DNA from: Candidatus Bathyarchaeota archaeon
GTDB taxonomy: Archaea > Thermoproteota > Bathyarchaeia > TCS64
DNA: 64,000 nucleotides
Direction: 5' to 3'
Assembly (NCBI GenBank): GCA_963769425.1
Contig: CAVYLP010000001.1
Span: 128,001 to 192,000, forward strand
The notes below the pieces were generated by a model. That model saw nothing but the letters and a program-made list of their open reading frames with translations, did no database searches and was not told where the DNA came from. This document shows positions 38,688 to 51,479 of the stretch, piece by piece (position 1 is the first letter of the stretch; each line of letters starts with the position of its first letter). Both the position numbers and the translations under genes were made by a program.

Positions 38688-41600
38688 TTGAATAGAGCCA
38701 CTAGAACCATCCTCCTATTGACTACAATCTTTCTATCACTGATGTTGTTATCTGAGGCGATCAACTTTGCTCCAAAGGTTCCAGTAATAATTCACATAGC
38801 CGGTCAGAAGGAAAACGATTCCAACTCAACGGATCCCGACTTCGGTGAGACTACGGGTTCCATGACCTCAATTGACTCGGGGAAGAACCTCGGTAGCGCA
38901 AGCCTGTTCGAGTTACTTGGAGCCCCTCAGACACCCTACATCAGGTTGCAGGCCTTAGAAGTCTACGACGGGGGCTTCTGGTTCGCCTTCAATGGAACAT
39001 TGAAGGACTATGATCATCGGCCTATTGAGCATGATAATGCTGGGCTCACTGGGTCACTCGCCTCTTTCTACGTGAATCCCATTTACCCGCTGAAGGGGTT
39101 CATCCCATCAGTAATCTATACATCCGAGATTGGGGGATCTGACCAACTCATCTATTACCCTAATCAGCTAGCGTTTTACTCAAAGACTCCGGTTGGCCCT
39201 TATCCTGTCAGATATTATGAATGGTCTCCTCAGGGCTTCAATCTAGAGAATAGTCGACTATTGACAAGCGGAAAATACGTCGCTATCCCGGAGAATCTCA
39301 CCGAGAGGCTGAAGCCATTAGCTTTAAGCATCACCCAGGGGTCCGTTAATGACTACTCCAAGCTGCAGGCCATTGAGTCCTATCTATTGACTCATTATAC
39401 GTATGATTTGAAGTATAACTCTCCCCCGGAGGGAATCGACCCAGTGGAATGGTTCCTATTCGAGGATATGAGAGGCGTATGCTGGCACTTTAACTCAGCA
39501 TTCGTCCTTCTGGCTAGATCGATTGGTCTCCCAGCGAGGCTCGTCACCGGATACATGGTAGATCCCAGAGCAGAGTATCAGGTTGTTAAAGCGGATCAGC
39601 TTCATGCGTGGGCAGAGGCTGAGTTTGATGGATATGGCTGGGTTATTTTCGATGCGTCCCCTGGACAAGTTCTGGACCATGAAGCTCCTGGAATAATACC
39701 AACAAACACGGCGATTACCAATCAGGACAATGTCTGCCTCAAAGGCAAGACGTTTAGTGTTGAGGGCACGGTCACCTCTCCGGTTGGACCAGTAAATGAT
39801 GTCAAGGTAATCGCTTACATGAAGTTGACGAAATTTGACGAGGGCATCCCCGTGGGATTCTCGCAAGTTGTTAACGGAAGCTACCTGATCACCTGCGAGG
39901 CTCCTAGATACTTGAATGTCGGCGACTATTTCATCGAGGTAAACACGGTCACGAATAGGGTTTATATGGGGTCCTCTAGTGACCCACCGATTATGCTCAA
40001 AGCCGAGACTTTCTTCAACGTGTCCCTCCCATCGATGGTCATAGCCGATAAGCCATTCAATATCGAAGGTGTGCTAAGGGAAAAAGAGAGTTCAACAGTC
40101 GTCCCCAACGTCTTTTATTACCTTGAAGCAGACGAACCAACTCTGAATTGGGACGTCGTCGATGGCGGAATACAAATAATCCTGGGGGGATTTAGTGGAA
40201 CCAACAGCTCAGGATCCGTAGGCACAACCATTTCGTTAGGCAACGTAACTGAAGTGCCGCCGAATCAGTGGACTATTCATAGTAACCTTTACGAATACTA
40301 TTCGGGACAAACGGGTAAAATTATTATTTCAAGGGGCGGATTGCCGCCCGGCAATTACTCATATACACTGAGATGGGATGGTACCGAGTATCTCCTCCCC
40401 GCGTCCGAGAGCAAGGTGATTTGGTCAGTTCCCCTCACGGTGACACCAAAGACGCCTGAGAAGATATTCAGGTCTGAAACAACCCAACTTACCGGAACCA
40501 TACATGCCATGAACCTGACGGGGGGCAATGAGAGAGTGCAAATCATTAAAAACGGCATGTACATGGGAAGCGTGGTAAGTGATGACAATGGAGTCTTCAA
40601 GCTGCCCTTAACTATGGCTCAGGACAGCCCCCTAGGAAATATAACTATAGAATATGTGTTGGAGCGTAACAATTACATTGCAACTAGGAACGCCACAGTT
40701 TACGCAAAGACACAGCTAATTACACTTGACCAAAAACTAGGCTACTGGTATAATCCTTTCAACGTCACAGCTTGGCTAACTGATGATTTCAGTGAACCCA
40801 TGCAGGGGATGAACGTCACATTAAGCTACATCGACGGCGGAGTGTCGACAACTCGTACTTTGACTACTGATGAATCGGGTTCAGCTGTGTTTCCTATAAA
40901 GTTAACCACGAGCCCGGGCTCCGACATAGTTCACTTCAATTTAACGTCGCAGAATTATGGATTCTACTACCCCGCTAGACTTGAAGAAGACATAAGTTTC
41001 ACACCTGTGGTGGATTACATTGGCTCAAGTCTTCAGATCTTCCTTATTGTTGTCTCTCTTGTTACGGTGTTCTTCTTCTCGAGAAGAGCCATAACTTCTC
41101 GAGGCGTGAAGATAAAACAAGAGAGAACAAGGAGTGCATCGGTCATCGAGCCCGAGTTATCGACGTTGGTTCAAACCGATGAACTCGGATTAGGCTACAT
41201 AAAACCAATGGAGAATGACTTCTCAATCGATATAGTTACTCCTCAGATTAGAGCCCCGTACCTGACGGTCTGGGGCGTGGACGATCCATTGATTCTGGAT
41301 ATCACGCTGAGTGATAAGAAAGGTAAACCAGTATCCAATTCCAAGTTGATAATCGATGATGGAGAGAAATCAACTTCACTTGTGACCAGTGAAAAAGGAG
41401 AGTTGGAATTCACCAAATCATACGCTGATCTAGGGATTAAAGAAGTCAAGGTACGATATAATTATGCAAAAGGCCCTGTTGAGTGTATATTCAGAGTTAG
41501 GATCGTGGCGTATAGGAGTGAAGTGATCAAGCTGCTGAACGAGTATCTAGAGAGGGTTAGAAAGGAGAGGGATTTCAGTGATAAGCATACAGTCAGAGAG

Positions 41601-41768
41601 ATCATTGAGGCAATAAAACTTAGAACCCCAAAATCGAAGCACCAAGACCTTGAGACACTCGTCGACCTCTTCGAGGAGGCTGAATATAGCTTACATTCTA
41701 TCAACCGCGAGTATTATGAGCGATTCTATTCCGCTGAGACGCGGAGTCTGGAGGTCTTTAAATTTTGA
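38688..41768 (+). CDS. Large membrane-anchored transglutaminase-like protein with Ig-like repeats and DUF4129-like C-terminus
   Basis: GVCWHF...LARSIGLPARLVTGY, HAWAE, GWVIFD (Cys-His-Asp triad); LFEEAEYS. Confidence 0.85.
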   Translation: MNRATRTILLLTTIFLSLMLLSEAINFAPKVPVIIHIAGQKENDSNSTDPDFGETTGSMTSIDSGKNLGSASLFELLGAPQTPYIRLQALEVYDGGFWFAFNGTLKDYDHRPIEHDNAGLTGSLASFYVNPIYPLKGFIPSVIYTSEIGGSDQLIYYPNQLAFYSKTPVGPYPVRYYEWSPQGFNLENSRLLTSGKYVAIPENLTERLKPLALSITQGSVNDYSKLQAIESYLLTHYTYDLKYNSPPEGIDPVEWFLFEDMRGVCWHFNSAFVLLARSIGLPARLVTGYMVDPRAEYQVVKADQLHAWAEAEFDGYGWVIFDASPGQVLDHEAPGIIPTNTAITNQDNVCLKGKTFSVEGTVTSPVGPVNDVKVIAYMKLTKFDEGIPVGFSQVVNGSYLITCEAPRYLNVGDYFIEVNTVTNRVYMGSSSDPPIMLKAETFFNVSLPSMVIADKPFNIEGVLREKESSTVVPNVFYYLEADEPTLNWDVVDGGIQIILGGFSGTNSSGSVGTTISLGNVTEVPPNQWTIHSNLYEYYSGQTGKIIISRGGLPPGNYSYTLRWDGTEYLLPASESKVIWSVPLTVTPKTPEKIFRSETTQLTGTIHAMNLTGGNERVQIIKNGMYMGSVVSDDNGVFKLPLTMAQDSPLGNITIEYVLERNNYIATRNATVYAKTQLITLDQKLGYWYNPFNVTAWLTDDFSEPMQGMNVTLSYIDGGVSTTRTLTTDESGSAVFPIKLTTSPGSDIVHFNLTSQNYGFYYPARLEEDISFTPVVDYIGSSLQIFLIVVSLVTVFFFSRRAITSRGVKIKQERTRSASVIEPELSTLVQTDELGLGYIKPMENDFSIDIVTPQIRAPYLTVWGVDDPLILDITLSDKKGKPVSNSKLIIDDGEKSTSLVTSEKGELEFTKSYADLGIKEVKVRYNYAKGPVECIFRVRIVAYRSEVIKLLNEYLERVRKERDFSDKHTVREIIEAIKLRTPKSKHQDLETLVDLFEEAEYSLHSINREYYERFYSAETRSLEVFKF

Positions 41769-42896
41769 TTAGGAAGATGACTCGATCCATCTCACTCTTA
41801 ACCTTAATCTCCATATTTCTGGTAGCCACAATTCTTGTACTGGGATATGCAGTAGCCTCATTCATAGCGTTAATAGTTCTACTATACACCTCCATCGTCG
41901 TCTCAAAACTCTATAAGGGACAGCTCGTTTCCGCGTTAACAACCAGCCTTAATCTGCTCTCAGTTCCAACCTTCGTTGCGCTTCTACCATCCTGGGAGGG
42001 AGCCTATCCATATTTTAAGCCGCTTTCCTATTCGATTCTTCTGGGAGTGTTAGCATACTCCTTTTTCTTGATCATTAACTCAGTGTCGGAGAACTATCGG
42101 GAGATCATATACCCTGTTTCAAGAAGTATGCTCCTAGCGTTAGTGGGACTGATTCTCTGGTATCTTATCGAATCAAATCATATCTCCCAAGACTGGGATA
42201 CGGGAGGGAATAGGCTACGTCATTCTAGTCAGCTTCTTAGGTACGGGTTTGTTCTCTCTGTTCGAAGCTATCAGGGAGCTCCCAGGGAGAACCATCTCTT
42301 TTATAGCTACATACCTGAGCAGAAACTTGTGGCGGAGGTCTATTTTCCTCCTGTTGACCTCGGCTTACCTGTTCGTCGGCAGAGGCATTCTAATAAATAG
42401 ATATCCTGATGCTCAGACTTACCTGATAGTAGCTGAATGGATCACTCTTAGCGCATTAGTGCTCCGATCATATTGGCAGTTCAAGGGATTCATTGAGAAC
42501 GAGTACGTTAAGCCGGATCAAATTGAGAATTGGAGCCGCCATGTACAGAGTATCGAATGGGCGACCGACGAGAGGATGAAAGGGATCGCTGATTCGATAC
42601 AGGACTTTCCTTGACCGAGGAGTCAAAGACTCCCTCGTCGTCTGCCTCGTAGGCTTGATGAGGGACGCAGGTGAACTTGAGGACAGCATAACGTCAAGCC
42701 TCTCTCCACTAATTGAATACGAGGACTTGCGCCCCGGTGTCGTATTCCACACGTTGCAAAAGGAGTACATTGAAGAGAAGAATAGGAAACGTCGCATGTC
42801 GATATTCTCCGGGACACTCAGCCAGTTGAGTAAGATAGGATTGAAGATACAGTTGCCAGAAGGCACATTATCTACAGCGAATGAAGGTGACCTAAA

Positions 42897-42906
<10 letters not shown>
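41765..42906 (+). CDS. Multi-pass membrane protein, split by two apparent frameshifts (~42188, ~42607)
   Basis: Three overlapping ORFs join into one continuous hydrophobic protein. Confidence 0.6.
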
Positions 42907-43872
<966 letters not shown>

Positions 43873-43877
43873 CTCCA

Positions 43878-45331
43878 ATGCCTCTCACCCGACTTTCCCT
43901 CAATCTGCTCACAACCTCATTCATCTTCATCGGCCTTGGGATGGCTCTCGGGAGTCTACCCTTAATCTACGCGGGCTTTGCGCCACTCATCTTCTTCGGA
44001 TTATCGCTTACCTTGCCCAGCGTTGAATCTATTGAGATCGAGCCAGTTGATGAACAGTTGGAGGTTTCCAGGGGCGAAGTAATCGAGTTAACGAGAAACG
44101 TCACTTTCAGGGGAGGCGTCGGATACGTTGTACTCTACGAGGAGGTCCCAGAGCCCTTCGAGTTGGTGGAAGGGGACAATCTTCAACTCCACGTTAAGGA
44201 CTCTAAGGATCTCCACGTATGTTTCTCATACAAGTTACGATGTACCCGCAGAGGCGTCTACGACTTCAACGAAATATCTTATAACATCCGACACGTCCTG
44301 GAATCGACTACCTCGAAAAAGGGTACACTGAATCTGAAGCAGAAAATCGTGGTTAAGCCTCCCCGAACGAGTGTTAGGCGCATCCGAGACCAAGCAGCGG
44401 TCGATAGGTTTGCCGCTACCTTCCGACTCCAAGATGCAGCTAGGAATCGTGTCACATGACTTCAAGGACCTAGCAACGTACCAGAGCGGAGACCCCTACA
44501 AGCACATAAACTGGAAGGCAACAGCCAGAACAATACAATCGTCAACCGACCTCCCCATAGTCAACGAATATGAGAGGGAGGGAAACAAGGTGGTGTGGAT
44601 TTTCCTCGACGCCTCGCCGAAGATGGAGCTCGGGAACAATGTCACGAACGTCTTTGAATATGGTGTCCAGGTAGCCCTAGGATTAGCTGAGTACTATGTT
44701 CAGAGACGATGCATGGTAGGCTTTTCACTATACAATAATGATGCGGTTAGTCAACCCAGTGCTTCCCCGGTGATTCAACAAGAAGAAATCGATGAAGAGG
44801 TGAAGAGAACACTTCCCGACCTCTTCCCCGCGGACCCTCTCATTCAGGAGAATAACACTTCAACTAAAACTCGACCCTCATCTACTCTATTCAGCCTCAC
44901 CCCAGAAGCGGGTAGACAGCAGCTCCACAGAATTGAAAGACTCCTCCAGAGCACCGAGGCCGATAGAGTCTCATTCAACCTTAAGCAGACCTTGAGACTC
45001 AACAAGAATCATCTTGAAAGCGCCAACCCGATGACTTTCCTTATCACCAGTGCGAGACGCGATAAAATGGACCTCCTCCACGAGGAACTCCTCGACCTCG
45101 AGGCAACAAATGGAAAAAGCAGGAGAGTAGCAGAAACAGACCTATCTGATCAACATCCAGGGGTACAGCCTATCCTCGAAGACCGATGCTGAGAAAGTGG
45201 CTGCACAGATAATGAAGTACGAGGAGGAGACTCTGCTCAGGAGAGCAATCACCGGAAAGGTGACGCTAATCAACTGGGATCCATCGGAGACTAGCTTCAC
45301 GACCACCCTGATAGCGGAGGCAACGCAGTGA
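43878..45331 (+). CDS. DUF58 (vWA-like) protein, split by apparent frameshifts (~44390, ~45100-45140)
   Basis: YKLRCTRRGVY, YQSGDPYKHINWKATAR, VNEYERE, FLDAS. Confidence 0.8.
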
Positions 45332-46065
45332 TGAGGACCGAACCCCTGTATTTACTCCAGGTGATTCTCGTCGCGTTAAGCACCGCTGTAGCTCTCATCT
45401 CGTTTCTGAGCTCAACCTTATTCTCAAGCTTCTCAAGCTACGCATATCTACTCCTTCAAAATAACACGATTTACAACTCGATACCTCTTGGAAAAACGAT
45501 TCTCGTCGAGTTGGCGTTGACAATATTCTTTGTTGTGATAGTGTCAGTTGACCTGAAGCAGGAGAACTTCAGCTACATTTACATATACAACCTGATTCTC
45601 TTCGCCCCCGAGGTCTTGAGCCACTCACAGGTCAACTACCTGAATCTTCTGGATCTCTCACACCTATTCTCACCCAATAGAAGCCTACAAACAGTAATCG
45701 TCACGGGACTCATCATAGTCTTGTCGTCTTGCATGATCGAGTTCGTTTCAAAGGAACGAGAGATCATGCACAACTACCACACCCGAGGAGTCCCTGGGGA
45801 AGCCGTGCACGGTGGTGAAATAGCATCTCTACAATACACCCTAATGATTGGGGGATCAACGTTCATTATAGTCCTCATCCTATTGGCTGTGAACTTTTTC
45901 CTAGACTATTCTAGTCTCTCAATATTTGCCATGCCTTACCAACCGTTAGTCCTCGGGATAGCATCCATCATCTTTCTCTTGACAGGGCTATTCATATTCA
46001 TGAACTATTTTCCCAATAATAGTAAAAAAAAATGTCTAATTAAAACAACAAGCCGTGCATCTTAA
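45328..46065 (+). CDS. Hypothetical membrane protein closing the MoxR operon
   Basis: About 6 hydrophobic segments; overlaps the DUF58 stop. Confidence 0.65.
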   Translation: MMRTEPLYLLQVILVALSTAVALISFLSSTLFSSFSSYAYLLLQNNTIYNSIPLGKTILVELALTIFFVVIVSVDLKQENFSYIYIYNLILFAPEVLSHSQVNYLNLLDLSHLFSPNRSLQTVIVTGLIIVLSSCMIEFVSKEREIMHNYHTRGVPGEAVHGGEIASLQYTLMIGGSTFIIVLILLAVNFFLDYSSLSIFAMPYQPLVLGIASIIFLLTGLFIFMNYFPNNSKKKCLIKTTSRAS

Positions 46066-46440
46066 GATTATATATTAGGGAATTCGTAAAGGTTGAATAT
46101 GACAAAGTAATTTTTCAAGCTTTAACAGATTTAATAGAAGATATCCTAATTATGCGATCGTGAAAGCCAAATCATGAAAAGTAGACACTTAATCAAAGCT
46201 TTGATCTTAAAGAGACGAATGTTTGGTCGGAGCCGATCTGGATGAGAAGAGAAGTATTGGGGGGATTGGACGCCGTTTCTACTCATTCTTGTGATTGGGT
46301 TAAGCACATTATTTTTACGTCAACGGCGGCATCAACGGACATAGGGCAAACTCTAATTGGTTTTTCTAAGTTACGACCTTCTAGGGATACTCAAAAAATC
46401 ATTAAATACCTTAAGATAATTTATGCTATATTCAGGATTT

Positions 46441-46860
46441 TCATATATTTCGCTTATTTTTCACGGCGTATTCAATACTTCTTGCCAGGTTATGGTAGTG
46501 AGCGAGTGTCTCCTGCTTCCTGATATAGTAGTCTACACCTGCGGCGAGGGCGGCTTTAGCGACCTTCTCGCTCTCCCAACTAGTGTAGATGATGAAGGGG
46601 ATGTTGCTCTTCTTCTTTACTTCGGTACAGAGTTGGATTCCGTTCATCTCCGGCATCTTGTAGTCGGAGACTATGCAGTCAAAGCTCTGGTCGGTGAGGA
46701 GCATCAGGGCTTGTGATGGTGTCGATGTCGTGGTAACTTTCAGTGTTGAGTTCTCAAGGTTGAGACTAACTAGCTCAGCATTGTCTTCTTCATCGTCTAT
46801 TAATAGGACGCGAGTGATGTTCTTCGTATTCCCGGTTTTTTCCTGCACGGATGCCACCAT
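46441..46860 (-). CDS. Stand-alone response-regulator receiver (CheY-like)
   Basis: VLLIDDEE, IVSDYKMPEMNG, IIYT, YIRK. Confidence 0.85.
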   Translation of the reverse strand: MVASVQEKTGNTKNITRVLLIDDEEDNAELVSLNLENSTLKVTTTSTPSQALMLLTDQSFDCIVSDYKMPEMNGIQLCTEVKKKSNIPFIIYTSWESEKVAKAALAAGVDYYIRKQETLAHYHNLARSIEYAVKNKRNI

Positions 46861-47186
46861 GTACGGATACTGAGTTGCTGAATGATGGGGAGCGAGTAGT
46901 TAAAAGAATGATCAATTTAGCCCCCAGGTATTGGGTTTACGCTAAACATTTTTTTTCTAACTGCGTTTTCCAGATACGTAGTTTCACATTACTTGAAAAT
47001 TCTTGAAACAAATATATACCATTCTTGTTCCTAGGCATCTATTATTAATTAATAATAGAGGTTAAAGATGCGGCTAAGAAACAACTTTGCTAGGTTGCAT
47101 AGTATGTAGATGCTTGAATCATACATTACTCATGTGGAAGTTGATAAATAGAATTTTTTACCTAATACAATTAAAAGTGATGTCTT

Positions 47187-48938
47187 TTGGCCAAGTGTCC
47201 GAGGTGTGGAGCTGAAGTCGTCGACCCTGTGAAGTCTTGGTCAATGATCGGAAAGCCTGACAGATCTGGAGAGATGTTCAAGCTGACGATCGGTCTGTAT
47301 AATTGCGTTTGCTCCGATAAGAGTTTTAGAAGCGTTATCGGGAAGGAGAAGATAACCCTGAGGGGGGTTCTAGAAAAAAATAACTCACTGGAAGAACAAC
47401 TGATGGAAGCTACAAATAAAAAATCCGAGTTAGAGTGTATTGTGAAGACTCTCGAGGAGGAGAAAGCCCAGCTCTTCGCCGAGGTTGAGGCGCTTAGAGC
47501 CATACCGGTACTTGAGGAAAAGGTGTCTACGCTCGAATCTGACATAGCGAGACTTCGAGAAGAGAAGGGCACGTTGATGAGCAGGCTCACTAAGCTTGCC
47601 ACTGATGCTGCACCAATTGTTCAGCCAGAACCCGTCGAAAAACCGCTGGAAGCCTACATCTCTGAAGCCGCGAATATTGAGGCACCAGCCCCCATCGAGG
47701 AGAGTATATGCGAATGCAATGAAGCTGGAACCGACGAGACCGTGACCGAGTCACCTGTGATTGATGCCGTCGCTACAGACGCATCGGCGCCGGTAGATCT
47801 GCCCGTCGAGACGTCTATTGAGGAGAAGCCAATGGATGTCTCTCCGATTGAAGTTACCCCTGTTGAGGTTATCTCGGAGGAAGCACTGACCATAACGGAG
47901 GCATCGACAGAGACACTTTTGAGTGATACGTTGACGATTGAGGAGAAGATCATTGAAATTCCTGCCGAAACCGTAGTTTCTGATATTCAACCAGTCGAGG
48001 CTTCTCCCATAGATGAGGCACCATCCGTCATTGATGCATCTCCGATAGACGCAGTAAGTATCGACTATCAGCAGGCCGAGACGCCCGCGATTGAGAACCC
48101 CGTTGTTATCGAAGTGGTTGAGGTAGCCCCGCTGGAGGCAGTCCAAGTCGATGTTTCCCCAAGCCAACCTCAAGTCGTTGCACCAATAATAGATGAAAAA
48201 ACCGTAGCTGCTCCGATGATAGAATCTCATGAAGTACCTGTCGAAGCGAAGCCAGAAACTACCCCGATGACCACAGCTCCGGTTGAAACAGTAACAGAAT
48301 TTGCTGACAAGACTAAGGAGGTATCAAGTGAGCCACTTATTGCTGAGCCCCTCATTGAGGTGAAACCTGTTGAGGTTGCCCCAGCGGTAACCGTCCTAGT
48401 TGAATCACCCACACTTGCAGAGGAAAATTTTGTGGAGATCCCTTCACCCGTAGTTACATCCATCAATGAGCCTTCGATAGGTGAAACGCCTATTGAGGAC
48501 AAATTAACGGAACCAGCCATAGATGTCGTTGATCCGGTTGAAACGCTTGATGAGGTGATATCAGGGATGGCTAAGGAGATAGAGGAAGAGAAGCCAGTCG
48601 AAGAAACTGTCTCTGAATTAACCCCTCAGAGTATTTCCGAGCCCGTTCAGGTAACGCCCGTTGAAACTGCACAACCTGAATCGAATACCAAAGAAACAGA
48701 GGAATTGGCTGAAGCTCAAGTAGTCGAACCTGCACCCACGGAGGCTCAAAAAGTTGAGGCGCCGGTTGTAGAAACAGTCATCGCTGAAACTCCCAAGGTC
48801 GAAGAATTAATCGCTGAGACCCCCGTTGTAGAGAACCACTCATATGTTGCCAATTTGGTAGAAGTTGTCACCGAGGTGAATGCAGGCGAGGCTTCGAAAC
48901 CATCCGAGGAGAAACAAACGGAATTAATTGTAGTTTAA
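47187..48938 (+). CDS. Cren7-like Zn-ribbon domain plus coiled coil plus long acidic E/P/V-rich tail
   Basis: MAKCPRCG..V..PVKSW....PD....LTIGLY.C..DKSFR; heptad region; low-complexity tail. Confidence 0.7.
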   Translation: MAKCPRCGAEVVDPVKSWSMIGKPDRSGEMFKLTIGLYNCVCSDKSFRSVIGKEKITLRGVLEKNNSLEEQLMEATNKKSELECIVKTLEEEKAQLFAEVEALRAIPVLEEKVSTLESDIARLREEKGTLMSRLTKLATDAAPIVQPEPVEKPLEAYISEAANIEAPAPIEESICECNEAGTDETVTESPVIDAVATDASAPVDLPVETSIEEKPMDVSPIEVTPVEVISEEALTITEASTETLLSDTLTIEEKIIEIPAETVVSDIQPVEASPIDEAPSVIDASPIDAVSIDYQQAETPAIENPVVIEVVEVAPLEAVQVDVSPSQPQVVAPIIDEKTVAAPMIESHEVPVEAKPETTPMTTAPVETVTEFADKTKEVSSEPLIAEPLIEVKPVEVAPAVTVLVESPTLAEENFVEIPSPVVTSINEPSIGETPIEDKLTEPAIDVVDPVETLDEVISGMAKEIEEEKPVEETVSELTPQSISEPVQVTPVETAQPESNTKETEELAEAQVVEPAPTEAQKVEAPVVETVIAETPKVEELIAETPVVENHSYVANLVEVVTEVNAGEASKPSEEKQTELIVV

Positions 48939-49144
48939 GGATTAAAGATCTGGAACATCTGGGTTATCTTCCTATTATTCTTAAAATGAATGTAATTTTA
49001 CCAACTCTATGTGAGGAGTTCCGCTCAGGTCGCACACCTGTTTTTGGAGCAAAATGGGAAGATAATTAAATAAAATTATCTATAAAATTAATGCTCGCGT
49101 CAACGTACTAGGTTATTTGAGTTCTTGGTTTTGCTCTCGCGAAC

Positions 49145-49357
49145 CTACAAGATTCTAATCAAACTCGACAAACTCAAAGGATAATCACTGGACAACGATT
49201 CTGCTTCACCCTTAGACAATCCCGATGAGACGAGTATCTTCTTAAAACGCCTCAGGGCAGCCCAACGCCAAAAGGGGAAAACGAGTAAGAAAAGTAAAAC
49301 AGTGATAAGGATCTTCTCCGAAGAAAATAGGATGGAGAAATAACTCGGGAGGCGCAA
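49145..49357 (-). CDS. Small hypothetical membrane protein
   Basis: TM segment then RFKKIL..SGLS..EA..L; co-oriented with two upstream genes. Confidence 0.55.
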   Translation of the reverse strand: MRLPSYFSILFSSEKILITVLLFLLVFPFWRWAALRRFKKILVSSGLSKGEAESLSSDYPLSLSSLIRIL

Positions 49358-49362
49358 TCCGC

Positions 49363-49650
49363 CTACTCATCCCTTCGGCCACGGGCCTCCCTCATGACGT
49401 TCGACCACTTCGTCAACGTCCCAAGGTACTCCCGGGTCATCTCCTGAGCCTCAGCCTCAGGTATCCCACCCTCGATCAGGCTCTTTCTGAAGACTGCGAC
49501 CGACTTACCGATATTGGCAGCCGCCTCGGGGGAGAAGAAGCTGTCCAGCACGCCCTTGATTAGCATAGGGATCTTTTCGCTGACCGACTCCATGATCTCA
49601 GCGATCTCCTTGGGGTCCATTCTCTCATGTTTCGGGTTTTGACTCATCAT
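49363..49650 (-). CDS. Hypothetical protein
   Basis: Helical 95-aa ORF with typical codon use. Confidence 0.7.
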   Translation of the reverse strand: MMSQNPKHERMDPKEIAEIMESVSEKIPMLIKGVLDSFFSPEAAANIGKSVAVFRKSLIEGGIPEAEAQEMTREYLGTLTKWSNVMREARGRRDE

Positions 49651-49723
49651 CTATTCCTCAACTAATAGGTATGTGATCAATCGGTATAGGGTTGGTGCAA
49701 AGAACTGATCAATAACTGATCAG

Positions 49724-50131
49724 TTAAATCAGCTGATATCGCTTTGTCTCAGTTTTGGAGACAATTTTTTCCTTTAGGAGTACATCTATGTGCTTCTTCA
49801 CAGTAACCCTGGATGCTTTCCCTCGTATGCTCGCCATCTCCCTCGTTAACTCCGATATATTCATCGGGCCTTTCAAAGCCAACACGTTGAGGACCTCTCT
49901 CGTTATCTCGTCTTTGCTCTCAGTGTTTCGGTCGAGGTAGTGTTTTACTTCGAGTAGTCTCTGTAGCATTTTTAGTGGCTCGTCGTAGAGTTGTGCGCCG
50001 ATTTTGAGGTCGTGCATTAGGGAGGCGACCTCCGGGTATCTTCGGGTCTCTGTGATCATTGCTTCGAGGCTATTTAACCGGTGGATGACCTCCTCCAGTT
50101 TTTCGTTTACATCTTTGAGGTCTCCAGCCAT
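49724..50131 (-). CDS. Winged-HTH transcriptional regulator
   Basis: GPMNISELTRE...ASRVTVKKHIDVL...IV. Confidence 0.75.
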   Translation of the reverse strand: MAGDLKDVNEKLEEVIHRLNSLEAMITETRRYPEVASLMHDLKIGAQLYDEPLKMLQRLLEVKHYLDRNTESKDEITREVLNVLALKGPMNISELTREMASIRGKASRVTVKKHIDVLLKEKIVSKTETKRYQLI

Positions 50132-50416
50132 GCTAACCACTCTCGTCAATACATGTTCTAGAAATTATATTATCATTGCCAATGTAGGCGCGCGAGATAA
50201 GTTAAAATTGCTATAATTACGAGTTGCGAGAGTCCTAAGAACAGTTAGAATAGTTTAATTCACCAAGATTAAAAGCCACGCGCCGATCTGGACAAAACTC
50301 CGAGACTGCAGACCTGCTTCAGCAACTGCTCAAGTACATCCGATCGTTCTTGTACGCGTGCGCAAAGAACCTTGAAACCATTTAGGTTTGAAAATCGCTA
50401 GACTCGCCTATTTATT

Positions 50417-50647
50417 TCATTTGCTTTCCTCTTTATCCTCGATCCACCAGATCCAAGATTCATCCTCGATGCGTTTTCCTTTAATCGTTCCTCTGACCCT
50501 CATCAGGTTTAACGCGATTATATTGTCAGATATACAGAATGGAACATACTGAACCTCTTGCTGTAGTTGCCTTGTAGTCAAGGGTTTTTTTGCTCCGCTG
50601 AGGATAGAAACAATGAGCTCTGGTCCAACCTTTTTTGATTCACCCAT
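50417..50647 (-). CDS. Small hypothetical (wHTH-like) protein
   Basis: KPLTTRQL...L..MR.RG.IKG....WIWW. Confidence 0.55.
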   Translation of the reverse strand: MGESKKVGPELIVSILSGAKKPLTTRQLQQEVQYVPFCISDNIIALNLMRVRGTIKGKRIEDESWIWWIEDKEESK

Positions 50648-50772
50648 TTGATTCATCTTCAGATAAAATAACGATAGAGAAACTATCATAATCTGATTGA
50701 TTATGCCTTTTACCCCAAACCCAAAATTAACTCTATCTTAATTTTATTTATTTCTTTTCTTCTCTCTTCCTC

Positions 50773-50997
50773 TTATCCAGTCTGTGTCTTTGTCTGTTCT
50801 GGTCTCCTTCTATATACAACTGCGATCAGTACCACAATGCCTAGCACGATGAGGATGGTGCCAAGCCCAGAGCCACGAAACGGCATCCCAGGAACAAACA
50901 CAATCAATGCTCCAACGATCAACAAGATCAGACCTACCAAACCCAGACCCATATCTTGTTGTTTGTTCATCTTTACAGTTGCCACCTTTTCACCCAT
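50773..50997 (-). CDS. Small two-TM membrane protein
   Basis: Two hydrophobic helices followed by YRRR. Confidence 0.6.
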   Translation of the reverse strand: MGEKVATVKMNKQQDMGLGLVGLILLIVGALIVFVPGMPFRGSGLGTILIVLGIVVLIAVVYRRRPEQTKTQTG

Positions 50998-51479
50998 TTC
51001 AAAAACCTTCCATTAGTGGAAATCGTTACTTATCTAATATAACATTATCCAACCGAAACCATAACACTCCCGTGGTTGTTTTGCCCGCGAGTAAAAATTG
51101 TTCTATATTCGCAACCTAAGAAACCAGCTCTTAATCTCTCCTCTAAGATACTTCGATAGAAATGGCTCTTCATTAGTAAGAGTCGCAAGGGTCTGATGCT
51201 TCTCATGTCTGATCCTTTTAACCTCAACCTTCGTCTCGAAGAATCAAGCTTATCAAGAAGGATCTTTGTCCCTGAGTATTGCCAAATATTCCCTCTCACT
51301 CTTTTTCGTGTGACTCCGAGGACTCAGCCTTCACCCTAAAATCCCTTTACTGATACGTTGACAATACAACCAGGAAATCATCGATCAGATATCGGTAGAA
51401 CTCCTGAAAATCGCAGATAAGACTTAGCCATCTGAGTGAAAGCAGTTATCTAAAATAGTTTTAGCCTACAGATTAGACG

